Shown here: positions 39,366 to 49,607 of the stretch, one piece after another
Position numbering within the stretch: the stretch's first letter is position 1
How the letters are laid out: every line of letters begins with the position of its first letter
Assembly (NCBI GenBank): GCA_031446085.1
Contig: CP132901.1
Span: 325,135-389,134 of the forward strand
Source: Arsenophonus sp.
GTDB taxonomy: Bacteria > Pseudomonadota > Gammaproteobacteria > Enterobacterales > Enterobacteriaceae
DNA length: 64,000 nucleotides
Direction of reading: 5' to 3'
Notes under the pieces: model-generated
What the model was told of the DNA's origin: nothing
What the model saw: the letters and a program-made list of their open reading frames with translations, nothing else
The model's database searches: none
Translations under genes and position numbers: made by a program

Positions 39366-39905
39366 TTATATTGTTGATTTAGTTAATGCTCTTTCTACAG
39401 AAAGAGTAATTTCTTTTTTACTTATATTTACATCTTCCCAACCATCTATACTAACCCATTTTTTACTTTCTAATTGTTTATAATTCTGAAAAAAATGTTG
39501 AATCTGTTTTTTTAATAAAATAGGCAAATCACATATACTATATATGTGATCATATTCTTTTGTAATTTTAGAATGTGGTACTGCAATTAATTTTAAATCA
39601 ATACCAGATTCATCAGTCATTTTTAATAAACCAATAGGACGACAACGAATTACTGTTTTAGATTGTAATGGATATGGTGTTGGAACTAATACATCCATTG
39701 GATCTCCATCCAATGCAAGTGTATTATTAATATACCCATAATTACATGGATAAAACATTGAAGTAGCAATAAATCTATCAACAAATAATACACCTAAATC
39801 TTTATTAATTTCATACTTTACTGGTAAAGAATAAGCGGGTATTTCTATAATAGCATATAAATCATCAGGAACTTTTTTTCCATTTGGAATATTTTTAATG
39901 TTCAT
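39366..39905 (-). CDS. ppa: inorganic pyrophosphatase
   Basis: [43 protein letters not shown] and [14 protein letters not shown] are collinear with E. coli Ppa. Confidence 0.95.
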   Translation of the reverse strand: MNIKNIPNGKKVPDDLYAIIEIPAYSLPVKYEINKDLGVLFVDRFIATSMFYPCNYGYINNTLALDGDPMDVLVPTPYPLQSKTVIRCRPIGLLKMTDESGIDLKLIAVPHSKITKEYDHIYSICDLPILLKKQIQHFFQNYKQLESKKWVSIDGWEDVNISKKEITLSVERALTKSTI

Positions 39906-40188
39906 ATGAATTGTTTAAATTAAAAAAATTATATTTAAAAAATATAATGATATAAATTAATAAAAATAACAAGAATAAAGTTTATTTTTTAATATATGAA
40001 AATATATAATATTAAAATATTTCTATATATAAAAAAATTAATTTAATTAAATTATATATTATTTATATATACCTTATTAAATTTGACAAATTTTCAATAA
40101 ATCATTAATTTTAAACTAATTTAAAATTTATTTTCACATATTTCACATTAAATTAAATTTTTTAAAAAAATAAAAATGGAATATAAAT

Positions 40189-41136
40189 TTGAATAAAAAA
40201 AAATATAAAAGTGTATTATTAAATGAAGCCATTAATAGTTTAAATATCAAGAAATCAGGAATATACATTGATGCTACTTTTGGAACAGGAGGACATTCTA
40301 AATTGATTTTATCTCATTTAGGACCATATGGAAAGTTAATAGCAATTGATCGAGATCCAGAAGCAATTGAAATAGCTAAAAAAATAAAAGACAAAAGACT
40401 TATCATTCATAATCTTTGCTTTTCTAAATTATTCAAATTTATTAAATTTCAAAAATTAGAAGGTAAAATCAATGGAATATTATTAGATCTTGGTATGTCT
40501 TCAATACAATTAGATAATCCAAAAAGAGGGTTTTCATTCATGAAAGATGGACCATTAGATATGAGAATGAATCAACAAAAAGGAGAAACAGCAAAAAAAT
40601 GGCTTACATATGCTAAAAAAAAAGATATAGAAAAAATTTTAAAAAAATATGGAGAAGAAAAATATGCGAAAAAAATAGCTAAAAATATATTTTATTACAA
40701 TCAACTCAATAAAAATGATCCATTAAATAGTACTGTAAAATTAAAAGAATTAATCAATAAATGCATTTCTATAAAAAAAAGGAAAAAAAATCCAGCAACT
40801 AAAACCTTTCAAGCAATTCGAATTTATATTAATAATGAATTAGAAGAAATAAAAAAGTTTTTAAAAGATTCATTAAATATATTAGCAACTTATGGAAGAT
40901 TATCTGTTATTAGTTTTCATTCTTTAGAAGATAAATTAATAAAATCATTTATTACAAACAATAGTAATATTTTATTGAACATTCCATCAAAATTACCTAT
41001 TACTGAAAATGAAATAAGAAAAAAATTTCCAAAAAAAATGAAAAAACTTGGAAAAGTTAAAGCGACAAAAAATGAAATTTCTAAAAATCCTCGATCAAGA
41101 AGTGCAATTCTTCGTTTTGCAGAAAAAATAAAATAA
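40189..41136 (+). CDS. rsmH: 16S rRNA (cytosine1402-N4)-methyltransferase
   Basis: TTG start. SVLLNEAINSLNIKKSGIYIDATFGTGGHS, DLGMSSIQLDNPKRGFSF, GPLDMRM, ISFHSLEDKLIK and NPRSRSAILRFAEK are present. It is the first gene of the dcw cluster, with no mraZ upstream. Confidence 0.92.
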   Translation: MNKKKYKSVLLNEAINSLNIKKSGIYIDATFGTGGHSKLILSHLGPYGKLIAIDRDPEAIEIAKKIKDKRLIIHNLCFSKLFKFIKFQKLEGKINGILLDLGMSSIQLDNPKRGFSFMKDGPLDMRMNQQKGETAKKWLTYAKKKDIEKILKKYGEEKYAKKIAKNIFYYNQLNKNDPLNSTVKLKELINKCISIKKRKKNPATKTFQAIRIYINNELEEIKKFLKDSLNILATYGRLSVISFHSLEDKLIKSFITNNSNILLNIPSKLPITENEIRKKFPKKMKKLGKVKATKNEISKNPRSRSAILRFAEKIK

Positions 41137-41141
41137 TCAAT

Positions 41142-41459
41142 ATGAAAAACCATAAATATAATTTGATTACTATTATAGGAATAGATATTATTCAAAATAA
41201 TATTATTCATATTTTTCTTATTATACTAATTATTATTTTTTCATTTCTTAATATTAATTTACGTCATAAAATACGATTCTTAACAACATATAAAGAATTG
41301 CTTTTAAATAAACAAGAACAATTAGATGCTGAATGGCGTAATCTTCTATTAGAAGAAAATTCATTAAAAGAATATTCTAAAATAGAGAAAACTTCTATAG
41401 AAGTGTTAAAAATGATTTATATAGATCCTAATTCCACAAACAAAATTATTAATCAATAA
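41142..41459 (+). CDS. ftsL: cell division protein FtsL
   Basis: 105 aa with a single TM segment and a leucine zipper. QLDAEWRNLLLEENSL resembles E. coli ALDIEWRNLILEENAL. It sits between rsmH and ftsI. Confidence 0.85.
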   Translation: MKNHKYNLITIIGIDIIQNNIIHIFLIILIIIFSFLNINLRHKIRFLTTYKELLLNKQEQLDAEWRNLLLEENSLKEYSKIEKTSIEVLKMIYIDPNSTNKIINQ

Positions 41460-41487
41460 AAATATTATCTTTAATACAACAAAAATA

Positions 41488-43179
41488 TTGTTATTAACTA
41501 CTAAAAATATGAAACAAAAAATAAAATATATTAAATTACGTTTTTTTTTATTATTTACTAGTGTTGGATTAATACTAATTATTTTAATTTTTAGAATTAC
41601 TTATTTACAAATTATTAATACAAAAGATTTAACAAAACAAGGAAATATGCGTTCAATCAGAACCTTAGTCATTAATAATCTAAGAGGTATGATCTATGAT
41701 AGGAATGGAAAAAAATTAGCAATTAGTATTCCAGTATATGCTATATGTGCTGATCCAAAAAAAATTATTTTTAATAATATGGAAATAAAAGAAAAAAAAT
41801 GGAAAGAATTATCTGAAATAATAAATATTCCTGTTTCATCGATCAAAAAAAAAATACAAATTAATTCTAAAAATCGTTTTATTTATTTAGCACGTCAAAT
41901 TCACTATTCAAATATAGAATATATTTTAAAATTAAAAATAAATGGAATTTTCTTAAAAAAAGAAACAAAACGTTACTATCCATTAGGGAAAATTACTGCA
42001 CATTTAATTGGTATTACTGATATTGATGGAAATGGAATAGAAGGTATAGAAAAAAGTTTTGATCAAAAACTGTCTGGAAAACCAGGGAAAAAAATTATTC
42101 GAACAAATAAACAAGGACATATTATTGAAAATTTATTTATTCAAAACGATAAAAAACCAGATGATTTAACTTTAAGTATAGATAGCAAAATACAATCGTT
42201 AACTTATTATGAATTAGAAAATGCTGTTAAAAAAAATAAAGCTGAATCCGGAACAGCTATAGTCGTAGATATAAAAACTGGAGAAATATTAGCAATGGTA
42301 AATAGTCCTTCTTATAATCCAAATAATTTTATTCATACTGCTAACCAAATAATAAGAAATAGAGCTATTACTGATTTATTTGAACCAGGATCAACAATTA
42401 AACCAATAGTAATGATTGGAGCGTTATACAATGGAATGATTAAAGATAATAGTATAATAGATACTAATCCATATTTTATTAATAAATATAAAATTAAAGA
42501 CGTAAAATTATATCATTCATTATCAGTTACAGAAATTTTAAAAAAATCTAGCAATGTAGGAATTTCAAAAATAGCTTTAAAATTATCTGATAAAGAATTA
42601 ATTGATACTTATTCACAATTTGGATTAGGAAAATCAACTAATTTAGGACTAATTGGAGAACAAAATGGAATATTACCTAAAAATAAAAAACTTTCTAAAA
42701 TTCAAAAAGCAACTTTTTCATTTGGTTATGGATTTATGGTAACTCCTTTACAATTAATAAAAGCTTACACAATCATAGGAAATCTTGGAATATATATACC
42801 TTTATCTATTTTAAAAGTTGAACATCCAATAATAGAAAAAAAAATATATTCAGAATCTATCATTCGTACAATTATTAAAATGTTAGAAAGTGTTTCATTA
42901 CCAGGCGGAGCAGGAGTAAAAGCATCTATCCAAGGATATAGAATTGCTATCAAAACAGGAACAGTAAAAATTGTTAATAAACAAGGGAAATATATTAATG
43001 AATATGTTGCATATACTGTTGGAATAGCACCAGCAAGTAATCCAAAATACGCTTTAATTGTATTAATCAATAAACCAAAAACAGGCAAATATTATGGAGG
43101 GATAGTTTCTGCACCAATATTTAAAAACATTATGAAAAGTATATTACATTTAATGCAAATTAAACCAGATCAAAAATAA
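41488..43179 (+). CDS. ftsI: peptidoglycan D,D-transpeptidase FtsI (PBP3)
   Basis: It has the active-site motifs STIKP, SSN and KTGT. RFIYLARQ, ATFSFGYGFMVTPLQL and YYGGIVSAPIF match E. coli FtsI. The real start may be ATG 41509 rather than TTG 41488. Confidence 0.93.
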   Translation: MLLTTKNMKQKIKYIKLRFFLLFTSVGLILIILIFRITYLQIINTKDLTKQGNMRSIRTLVINNLRGMIYDRNGKKLAISIPVYAICADPKKIIFNNMEIKEKKWKELSEIINIPVSSIKKKIQINSKNRFIYLARQIHYSNIEYILKLKINGIFLKKETKRYYPLGKITAHLIGITDIDGNGIEGIEKSFDQKLSGKPGKKIIRTNKQGHIIENLFIQNDKKPDDLTLSIDSKIQSLTYYELENAVKKNKAESGTAIVVDIKTGEILAMVNSPSYNPNNFIHTANQIIRNRAITDLFEPGSTIKPIVMIGALYNGMIKDNSIIDTNPYFINKYKIKDVKLYHSLSVTEILKKSSNVGISKIALKLSDKELIDTYSQFGLGKSTNLGLIGEQNGILPKNKKLSKIQKATFSFGYGFMVTPLQLIKAYTIIGNLGIYIPLSILKVEHPIIEKKIYSESIIRTIIKMLESVSLPGGAGVKASIQGYRIAIKTGTVKIVNKQGKYINEYVAYTVGIAPASNPKYALIVLINKPKTGKYYGGIVSAPIFKNIMKSILHLMQIKPDQK

Positions 43180-43202
43180 CTATTTAAAAAACTAAATAAA
43201 AT

Positions 43203-44690
43203 ATGTATCATATCAATTTGAAAAAAATATTAAAATCTATTGGAATTGATGCACCAAATTTATTTTTTAGAAAAATTATTTCTAACAGTAAAAAAATACA
43301 ATCCGGTGACCTATTCATTGCAGTTAAAGGAATAGAAGAAGATGGAAGAAAATATATCAATCAAGCTATTCAAAATGGTTCGAAAATAATTTTATCGGAA
43401 TGCTTTAAAAAAAAACAACACGGTATTATTGAATACGTTAATAATACACCAATTATATATATAAAAAAATTAAAAAATCATCTATCTTTTTTATCTGGAA
43501 AAATTTATCAAAATCCATCATCAAAATTAAAACTAATTGGAATTACAGGAACAAATGGAAAAACTAGTACAAGCCATTTTATAGCACAGTTAGTCCAAAA
43601 AATTGGAGAAATTTCTGCTGTAATGGGTAGCATTGGTAATGGAATTTTAAACGATATCAAACCAAGTATTAATACAACTAGTTCTGCTATTAAAATACAA
43701 TATGAATTACAAAAATTTGTAAAAAAAAAAGTTTCTTTAGTAGCAATTGAAGTTTCATCTCATGGATTAGTACAAAAACGTGTTGCAGCATTGAATTTTG
43801 AAGCTATAGTCTTTACCAATCTTACTAACGAACATTTAGAATATCACCAAACAATGCAAAATTATGAAAATGCAAAATGGCTTTTATTTTCTCAACATAA
43901 ATCTAATTATCAAATTATTAACGTAGATGATAAAACTGGAATTAAATGGATATCATATTTTCCAAAAGCTTGTCTTATCTCTCTAAATAATTGCATACCA
44001 AAAAAATGGAATGGATTTAAAATTACTGTTAAAAAAATACAATATTTTAAATTTGGTACATTAATTGATTTCAAATCAAGTTGGGGTCAAGCAAAAATTC
44101 AAACTTGTTTAATAGGAAAATTTCAAATTAGTAATCTCATGTTAGCTATAGGAACTTTATTAACATTAAAATATCCATTTGAAATAATAAAAAAATGTTG
44201 CAAATTTATCAAGCCTATATCTGGAAGAATGGAACTTTTTTATTCTAAAGAAAACCCAACAATAATTGTAGATTATGCTCACAATCCAATAGCATTAAAA
44301 AATGCATTAATTACTTCTCGTTTATATTGTGAAGGAAAATTATGGTGCATATTTGGATGTGGTGGAGAAAGAGATAAAAAAAAACGTATGATAATGGGTA
44401 ATATTGCAGAAATATATTCTGATATTGTGATATTAACTAATGATAATCCAAGAAATGAAGACCCACAAATTATTATTAATGATATTTTAAAAGGATTTTT
44501 TTATAAACATCGAGTTATTTTAATCTTTGATAGACTAAAAGCGATTATTTATTCTATTAAATATGCTAAAAAAAATGATGTTATTTTAATAGCAGGAAAG
44601 GGAGATGAAAATTATCAAATAGTAAATAATAATAAATTATTACATTCAGATAGAGAAATAGTTAATAATATATTAAGGAGTAATACATGA
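43203..44690 (+). CDS. murE: UDP-N-acetylmuramoyl-L-alanyl-D-glutamate--2,6-diaminopimelate ligase
   Basis: GITGTNGKTS, EVSSHGL and the DNPR motif (TNDNPRNEDP) are present, and the position matches the dcw order. Confidence 0.92.
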   Translation: MYHINLKKILKSIGIDAPNLFFRKIISNSKKIQSGDLFIAVKGIEEDGRKYINQAIQNGSKIILSECFKKKQHGIIEYVNNTPIIYIKKLKNHLSFLSGKIYQNPSSKLKLIGITGTNGKTSTSHFIAQLVQKIGEISAVMGSIGNGILNDIKPSINTTSSAIKIQYELQKFVKKKVSLVAIEVSSHGLVQKRVAALNFEAIVFTNLTNEHLEYHQTMQNYENAKWLLFSQHKSNYQIINVDDKTGIKWISYFPKACLISLNNCIPKKWNGFKITVKKIQYFKFGTLIDFKSSWGQAKIQTCLIGKFQISNLMLAIGTLLTLKYPFEIIKKCCKFIKPISGRMELFYSKENPTIIVDYAHNPIALKNALITSRLYCEGKLWCIFGCGGERDKKKRMIMGNIAEIYSDIVILTNDNPRNEDPQIIINDILKGFFYKHRVILIFDRLKAIIYSIKYAKKNDVILIAGKGDENYQIVNNNKLLHSDREIVNNILRSNT

Positions 44691-46075
44691 TTCCTATTTC
44701 AATAATTCAATTAACTAATATAACAAACGGAATACTTTATGAAAGTAATAAAAAAACAGAAAAAGATCTCTTTATTGAAAATATTAGTATAGATAGTAGA
44801 AAAAAACAAAAAAACAGCCTATTTATTGCTTTAAAAGGAAATAAATATGACTCACATTTCTTTGTCAAAGATGCTATTAAATCTGGTGCAATTATACTAT
44901 TACTAAATCAAAAAATAAATGTAAAATTTCCACAAATTATTGTAAAAGATACCCGATTAGCAATGGGAAAAATTGCAAATTGGATAAGAAAAAAATGTAA
45001 TGCTAAAATTATTGGAATTACTGGATCTGCTGGAAAAACTTCTGTTAAAGAAATTACTGCATCAATTTTATCTCAATCTAACTCAACATTATATACTTAC
45101 AAAAATAATAATAATAATATAGGAGTTGCACTAACTCTATTTCAATTAAGTACCAAAAACAAATATGTTGTAATTGAAGTAGGAAGTAATACATTTGGAG
45201 AAATTGAATATATATCAAAAATAATAAATCCTGATTCTATATTAATTAATAATATATTTCATGCACATTTAGATAAATTTAAATCAATTAAAGGAGTATC
45301 TAAAGAAAAAGGAGAAATTCTATCTTATTTATCTAAAAAAGGAACTGGCATTTTTAACTTAGACAGTCATGATTTAAAAAATTGGAAATCAAAATTTACT
45401 GATAAACAAAATATATTTTATTTTTCTTTATTTAAAAAAAAAAATTGTCATTTTTATGCAAAAAATATAAAAACAAATATCAACAATGTTCAATTTGATA
45501 TGCATACACCTATAGGAATACTAGATAAAGTATTATTAAATATTCCTGGAATACATAATGTTTCTAATGTATTAGCAGCAACTGCAATATCAATATCAGT
45601 AGGAGCTAATTTAAACCATATTTACAATGGAATATTAAATTCCAAACCAATTAAAGGACGATTATATCCTATAATATTAAAAAAAAATAAATTTGTTTTT
45701 GATGATACCTATAATTCAAATATAGGTTCAATGATTTCTGCAATTAATTTTTTATCATCTCAATTAAATATGTACAAAGTATTAGTTATTGGAGATACAT
45801 ACGAATTAGGGAAAAAAAGCATTATCTTTCATAAAATAATAGCTAATTATGTAATTAAATCAAATTTAGATGAGGTCTTTATTATAGGTGATAAATATAA
45901 AATTGTTAATAACAAAATTATTTTTGGAAAATTTTTTAAATCAAAAAATCAAATAATTAAACAATTAATTCAAATAATTAATAAAAAAGAAAAAATATCA
46001 ATATTAATTAAAGGATCTAGAAAAATGAGAATGGAAAAAATAGTAAAGAAAATTAAGGAGCATTTTTTGTGCTAA
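44687..46075 (+). CDS. murF: UDP-N-acetylmuramoyl-tripeptide--D-alanyl-D-alanine ligase
   Basis: DSRKKQKNSLFIALKGNKYDSH, GITGSAGKTS and DDTYNSN are present. It overlaps the murE stop by 4 nt. Confidence 0.9.
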   Translation: MIPISIIQLTNITNGILYESNKKTEKDLFIENISIDSRKKQKNSLFIALKGNKYDSHFFVKDAIKSGAIILLLNQKINVKFPQIIVKDTRLAMGKIANWIRKKCNAKIIGITGSAGKTSVKEITASILSQSNSTLYTYKNNNNNIGVALTLFQLSTKNKYVVIEVGSNTFGEIEYISKIINPDSILINNIFHAHLDKFKSIKGVSKEKGEILSYLSKKGTGIFNLDSHDLKNWKSKFTDKQNIFYFSLFKKKNCHFYAKNIKTNINNVQFDMHTPIGILDKVLLNIPGIHNVSNVLAATAISISVGANLNHIYNGILNSKPIKGRLYPIILKKNKFVFDDTYNSNIGSMISAINFLSSQLNMYKVLVIGDTYELGKKSIIFHKIIANYVIKSNLDEVFIIGDKYKIVNNKIIFGKFFKSKNQIIKQLIQIINKKEKISILIKGSRKMRMEKIVKKIKEHFLC

Positions 46076-47142
46076 TAATTATTACAAATTTCTTTTTAAA
46101 TCTTAACTGGATAACACATCTAAATTTGCGTTTTTTTGGAAGTTTATTTACATCTTTTTTTATTTTACTAATATTTGGACCATTTTTAATTAATTATCTT
46201 AAAAAAAAAAAAGTTCATCAAATAATTAGGAAAGAAGGACCAAATCTTCATAAAAAGAAGAAAAACGTACCCACAATGGGTGGAATATTAATAATATTTT
46301 CTATTACTATTTCTGTTTTATTATGGAGTAATTTACAAAATATACAAGTATGGTATGTATTAATTACATTACTAATGTACAGCATAATCGGTTTTATTGA
46401 TGATTATAAAAAAATTAAAAATCAGAACTCAACAGGATTAAGATCCTGTTGGAAATATTTTTTTCAATCTATTTCTGCACTACTAATTGGTTTTTTTTTA
46501 TGTGTTAATAATGAAAATTATTTATCTATAAAATTAATACTACCACTTTTAAATCCAATTATAATAAAATTAAATTTTGTTACTTATATAATTTTAATTT
46601 ATTTTATTTTAGTTGGTACAAGCAATGGAGTAAATTTAACAGATGGATTAGATGGATTAGCGATCATGCCTGTAATATTAATTTCATTTGGATCGACAAT
46701 AATGCTATTTATTATTGGTAATATAAATATTGCTAATTATTTTAACGTAATTTATTTAAAATATGCTAATGAATTAAATATTATTTATGCATCTATAATA
46801 GGTTCAGGATTAGGTTTTTTATGGTTTAATACTTATCCTTCTCAAATTATTATGGGAGATACTGGATCGTTAGGATTAGGAGGAATATTAGGAATATTAG
46901 CTATATTAACACATCAAGAATTTTTTTTCTTTATTATGAGCGGAGTTTTTATAATAGAAACAATATCTGTAATACTGCAAATGATATCATTTAAATTATA
47001 TAAAAAAAGAATTTTTTATATGGCTCCAATTCATCATCACTATGAATTAAAAGGATATTCTGAACCAAAAATTGTTATAAGAATTTGGATAATTTCTATT
47101 ATTTTTTTATTAATTAGTTTAATAATTTTTATAGGATTTTAA
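46069..47142 (+). CDS. mraY: phospho-N-acetylmuramoyl-pentapeptide transferase
   Basis: The GTG start overlaps the murF end. PTMGGILII, GFIDDYKK, NLTDGLDGLAIMP, MGDTGSLGLGG and MAPIHHHYELKG are present. Confidence 0.95.
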   Translation: MLIIITNFFLNLNWITHLNLRFFGSLFTSFFILLIFGPFLINYLKKKKVHQIIRKEGPNLHKKKKNVPTMGGILIIFSITISVLLWSNLQNIQVWYVLITLLMYSIIGFIDDYKKIKNQNSTGLRSCWKYFFQSISALLIGFFLCVNNENYLSIKLILPLLNPIIIKLNFVTYIILIYFILVGTSNGVNLTDGLDGLAIMPVILISFGSTIMLFIIGNINIANYFNVIYLKYANELNIIYASIIGSGLGFLWFNTYPSQIIMGDTGSLGLGGILGILAILTHQEFFFFIMSGVFIIETISVILQMISFKLYKKRIFYMAPIHHHYELKGYSEPKIVIRIWIISIIFLLISLIIFIGF

Positions 47143-47144
47143 AA

Positions 47145-48446
47145 ATGAATTATAATGGTAAAAAAATTGTTATTATAGGTTTAGGAATTACTGGATTATC
47201 CTGTATAGACTTTTTTTTATCTTACAAAACTGATATATATGTAATAGAGATTAAATCAACATTAAAAAACAAAAATATTCTAAAAAATATTAAATATCAT
47301 TTTGGATCAATAAAAAGAAAATGGATTATGAATGCTGATTTAATTGTCATTAATCCTGGTATTTCATTAAAAATACCAGGATTAAAAGAAGCAATAAAAA
47401 AAGGAATCAAAATAGTCAGTGATATAGAAATTTTTTCTTATGAAGTTAATAAACCAATTATTTCTATTACAGGTTCAAATGGAAAAAGTACAGTTGCTAC
47501 ATTAGTGTATTATATACTAAAAAAAAATGGATGGAATGTTGCTATAGGTGGAAATATTGGCATTCCTGTTTTAAGTTTATTAAAAAAAAAATATGATTTA
47601 TATATTTTAGAACTTTCTAGTTTTCAACTAGAAACTACTTTTTCATTGAAATCAAATATTTCAACTATATTAAATATCACTGAAGATCATTTGGATCGTT
47701 ATCCAAAAGGTTTTTCAGAATATTGTTCGAAAAAATTGAAAATATATGATAATGCACTTACTTGTATTATTAATGAACAAGATAAAAATACATGGCCTTT
47801 ATTAAAAGAAAAAAAAGATTGTATAAGTTTTGGAATAAATTCTGGTAACTATCAATTAAATACAACTAAAAAAACATTAGAATCCAATGGAAAAAAATTA
47901 ATTGATATTAATCAAATTCATTTAACAGGAGAACATAATTATTTAAATATTTTAGCAGCAATTGCAATAACTAAAAAAATAGGAATACCTTATAAAAATA
48001 TTTTAAATAATATAATCAAATATACTCCACTACCATATAGAATGGAATGCATACACAAATATAAAGGTATCAAATGGATTAACGATTCAAAATCTACTAA
48101 TTTAGGTAGTACTATAGCAGCATTAAAAGCAACAAAAACAAAAAAAAATATACATTTAATTATGGGCGGAATTTTAAAATCAAAAAACATTGAAATTTTA
48201 TATAATTACATAAAATATAGTAATATCAAATTATATTGTTTTGGAAAAGATGGACATCTTTTATTAAAATTAAAAAAAAATAGTATTTTAAAAAATACAA
48301 TCCAAGAACTCATACAACATATCTCTCCTCTTTTAAAAAAAGGAGACATTGTACTATTTTCACCAGGATGTTCTAGCTTTGATCAATTTAATAATTTTGA
48401 ACATAGAGGAAAAACATTTACCAAATTAGTTAAAAAGAATGATTAA
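47145..48446 (+). CDS. murD: UDP-N-acetylmuramoylalanine--D-glutamate ligase
   Basis: IIGLGITGLS, ITGSNGKSTV, ELSSFQLE and NDSKSTN are present, and the position matches the dcw order. Confidence 0.92.
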   Translation: MNYNGKKIVIIGLGITGLSCIDFFLSYKTDIYVIEIKSTLKNKNILKNIKYHFGSIKRKWIMNADLIVINPGISLKIPGLKEAIKKGIKIVSDIEIFSYEVNKPIISITGSNGKSTVATLVYYILKKNGWNVAIGGNIGIPVLSLLKKKYDLYILELSSFQLETTFSLKSNISTILNITEDHLDRYPKGFSEYCSKKLKIYDNALTCIINEQDKNTWPLLKEKKDCISFGINSGNYQLNTTKKTLESNGKKLIDINQIHLTGEHNYLNILAAIAITKKIGIPYKNILNNIIKYTPLPYRMECIHKYKGIKWINDSKSTNLGSTIAALKATKTKKNIHLIMGGILKSKNIEILYNYIKYSNIKLYCFGKDGHLLLKLKKNSILKNTIQELIQHISPLLKKGDIVLFSPGCSSFDQFNNFEHRGKTFTKLVKKND

Positions 48447-48542
48447 ATTTAAAAAAAATTATAAAAAAAAAAAATAAATATTATTTTATATGACCGAAAT
48501 TTACTTTGGAGTGTTATTTTCCTTTCAATTGTAGGTTTCATT

Positions 48543-49607
48543 ATGGTAACATCTGCGTCTATTTCTATAGGACAAAAATTAACAGAAGATCCATATTTTT
48601 TTGCAAAAAAAAATTTAATCTATTTAATTATATCTTCTTTATTATTTATATTTATTTTAACTATTCCAATCAAATGGTGGGAAAAAAATAGCATTACATT
48701 ATTAATATTTAATTGTTCCTTACTAATAATTGTACTCTTTTTTGGAGAAAATATAAATGGCTCATCAAGATGGATACATATTGGAATAATTAGTTTACAA
48801 CCGTCTGAAATTACAAAATTAACTTCATTTATTTATATTAGTGGATATATTGTTAGAAAATATGAAGAAGTAAAAAATCAATTTTTTGGATTTATAAAAC
48901 CTATATTCATTTTAATAGTAATAAGCATATTATTATTAATACAACCAGATTTTGGAACAATTATAATATTATTAGTTACTATTTTATCACTGCTATTTTT
49001 AGCTGGAGCTAAATTAATTATATTTGTAATCAGTATTACAAGTTTTGTTTTTACTATTTTCATACTAATTACCATCCAACCATACCGTTTGGAACGTATA
49101 ATGAGTTTCTTAAATCCGTGGGAAGATCCATTTAATACTGGATATCAACTAACACAATCACTAATGGCATTTGGTAGAGGTTTTTTATTTGGAGAAGGAT
49201 TAGGAAATTCAATTCAAAAATTAGAATATTTACCTGAGGCACATACAGATTTTATTTTTTCTATTTTAGCAGAAGAATTAGGATATTTTGGTGTCATTAC
49301 AGTACTTTTACTGTTATTTTATATTATTTTTAAAAGTATAAAAATAGGGAAAAAATCTTTGGATAACAAGGAATATTTCTCAGGATATTTAGCATGTGCT
49401 ATCGGTATTTGGTTAACAGTACAAGCACTAATTAACATTGGTTCTGCATCTGGATTATTACCTACTAAAGGGTTAACTTTACCGTTAATTAGCTATGGAG
49501 GATCTAGTTTATTAATCATAATTATGTCAATTGCAATATTAATAAGAATCGATTTTGAAATTCGTACTAATTTAAATCAAGCAATTTTAATAAAAAATAA
49601 TGAATAA
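48543..49607 (+). CDS. ftsW: peptidoglycan glycosyltransferase / cell division protein FtsW (first canonical ATG; conserved coding sequence continues upstream to at least 48483)
   Basis: MVTSASISIGQKLTEDPYFFAKK..., PSEITKL, QPDFGT, AEEL-type ILAEELGYFG and LPTKGLTLPLISYGGSS are collinear with E. coli FtsW. The same frame upstream reads INIILYDRNLLWSVIFLSIVGFI, against E. coli [21 protein letters not shown], and contains no ATG, GTG or TTG. Confidence 0.9.
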   Translation: MVTSASISIGQKLTEDPYFFAKKNLIYLIISSLLFIFILTIPIKWWEKNSITLLIFNCSLLIIVLFFGENINGSSRWIHIGIISLQPSEITKLTSFIYISGYIVRKYEEVKNQFFGFIKPIFILIVISILLLIQPDFGTIIILLVTILSLLFLAGAKLIIFVISITSFVFTIFILITIQPYRLERIMSFLNPWEDPFNTGYQLTQSLMAFGRGFLFGEGLGNSIQKLEYLPEAHTDFIFSILAEELGYFGVITVLLLLFYIIFKSIKIGKKSLDNKEYFSGYLACAIGIWLTVQALINIGSASGLLPTKGLTLPLISYGGSSLLIIIMSIAILIRIDFEIRTNLNQAILIKNNE

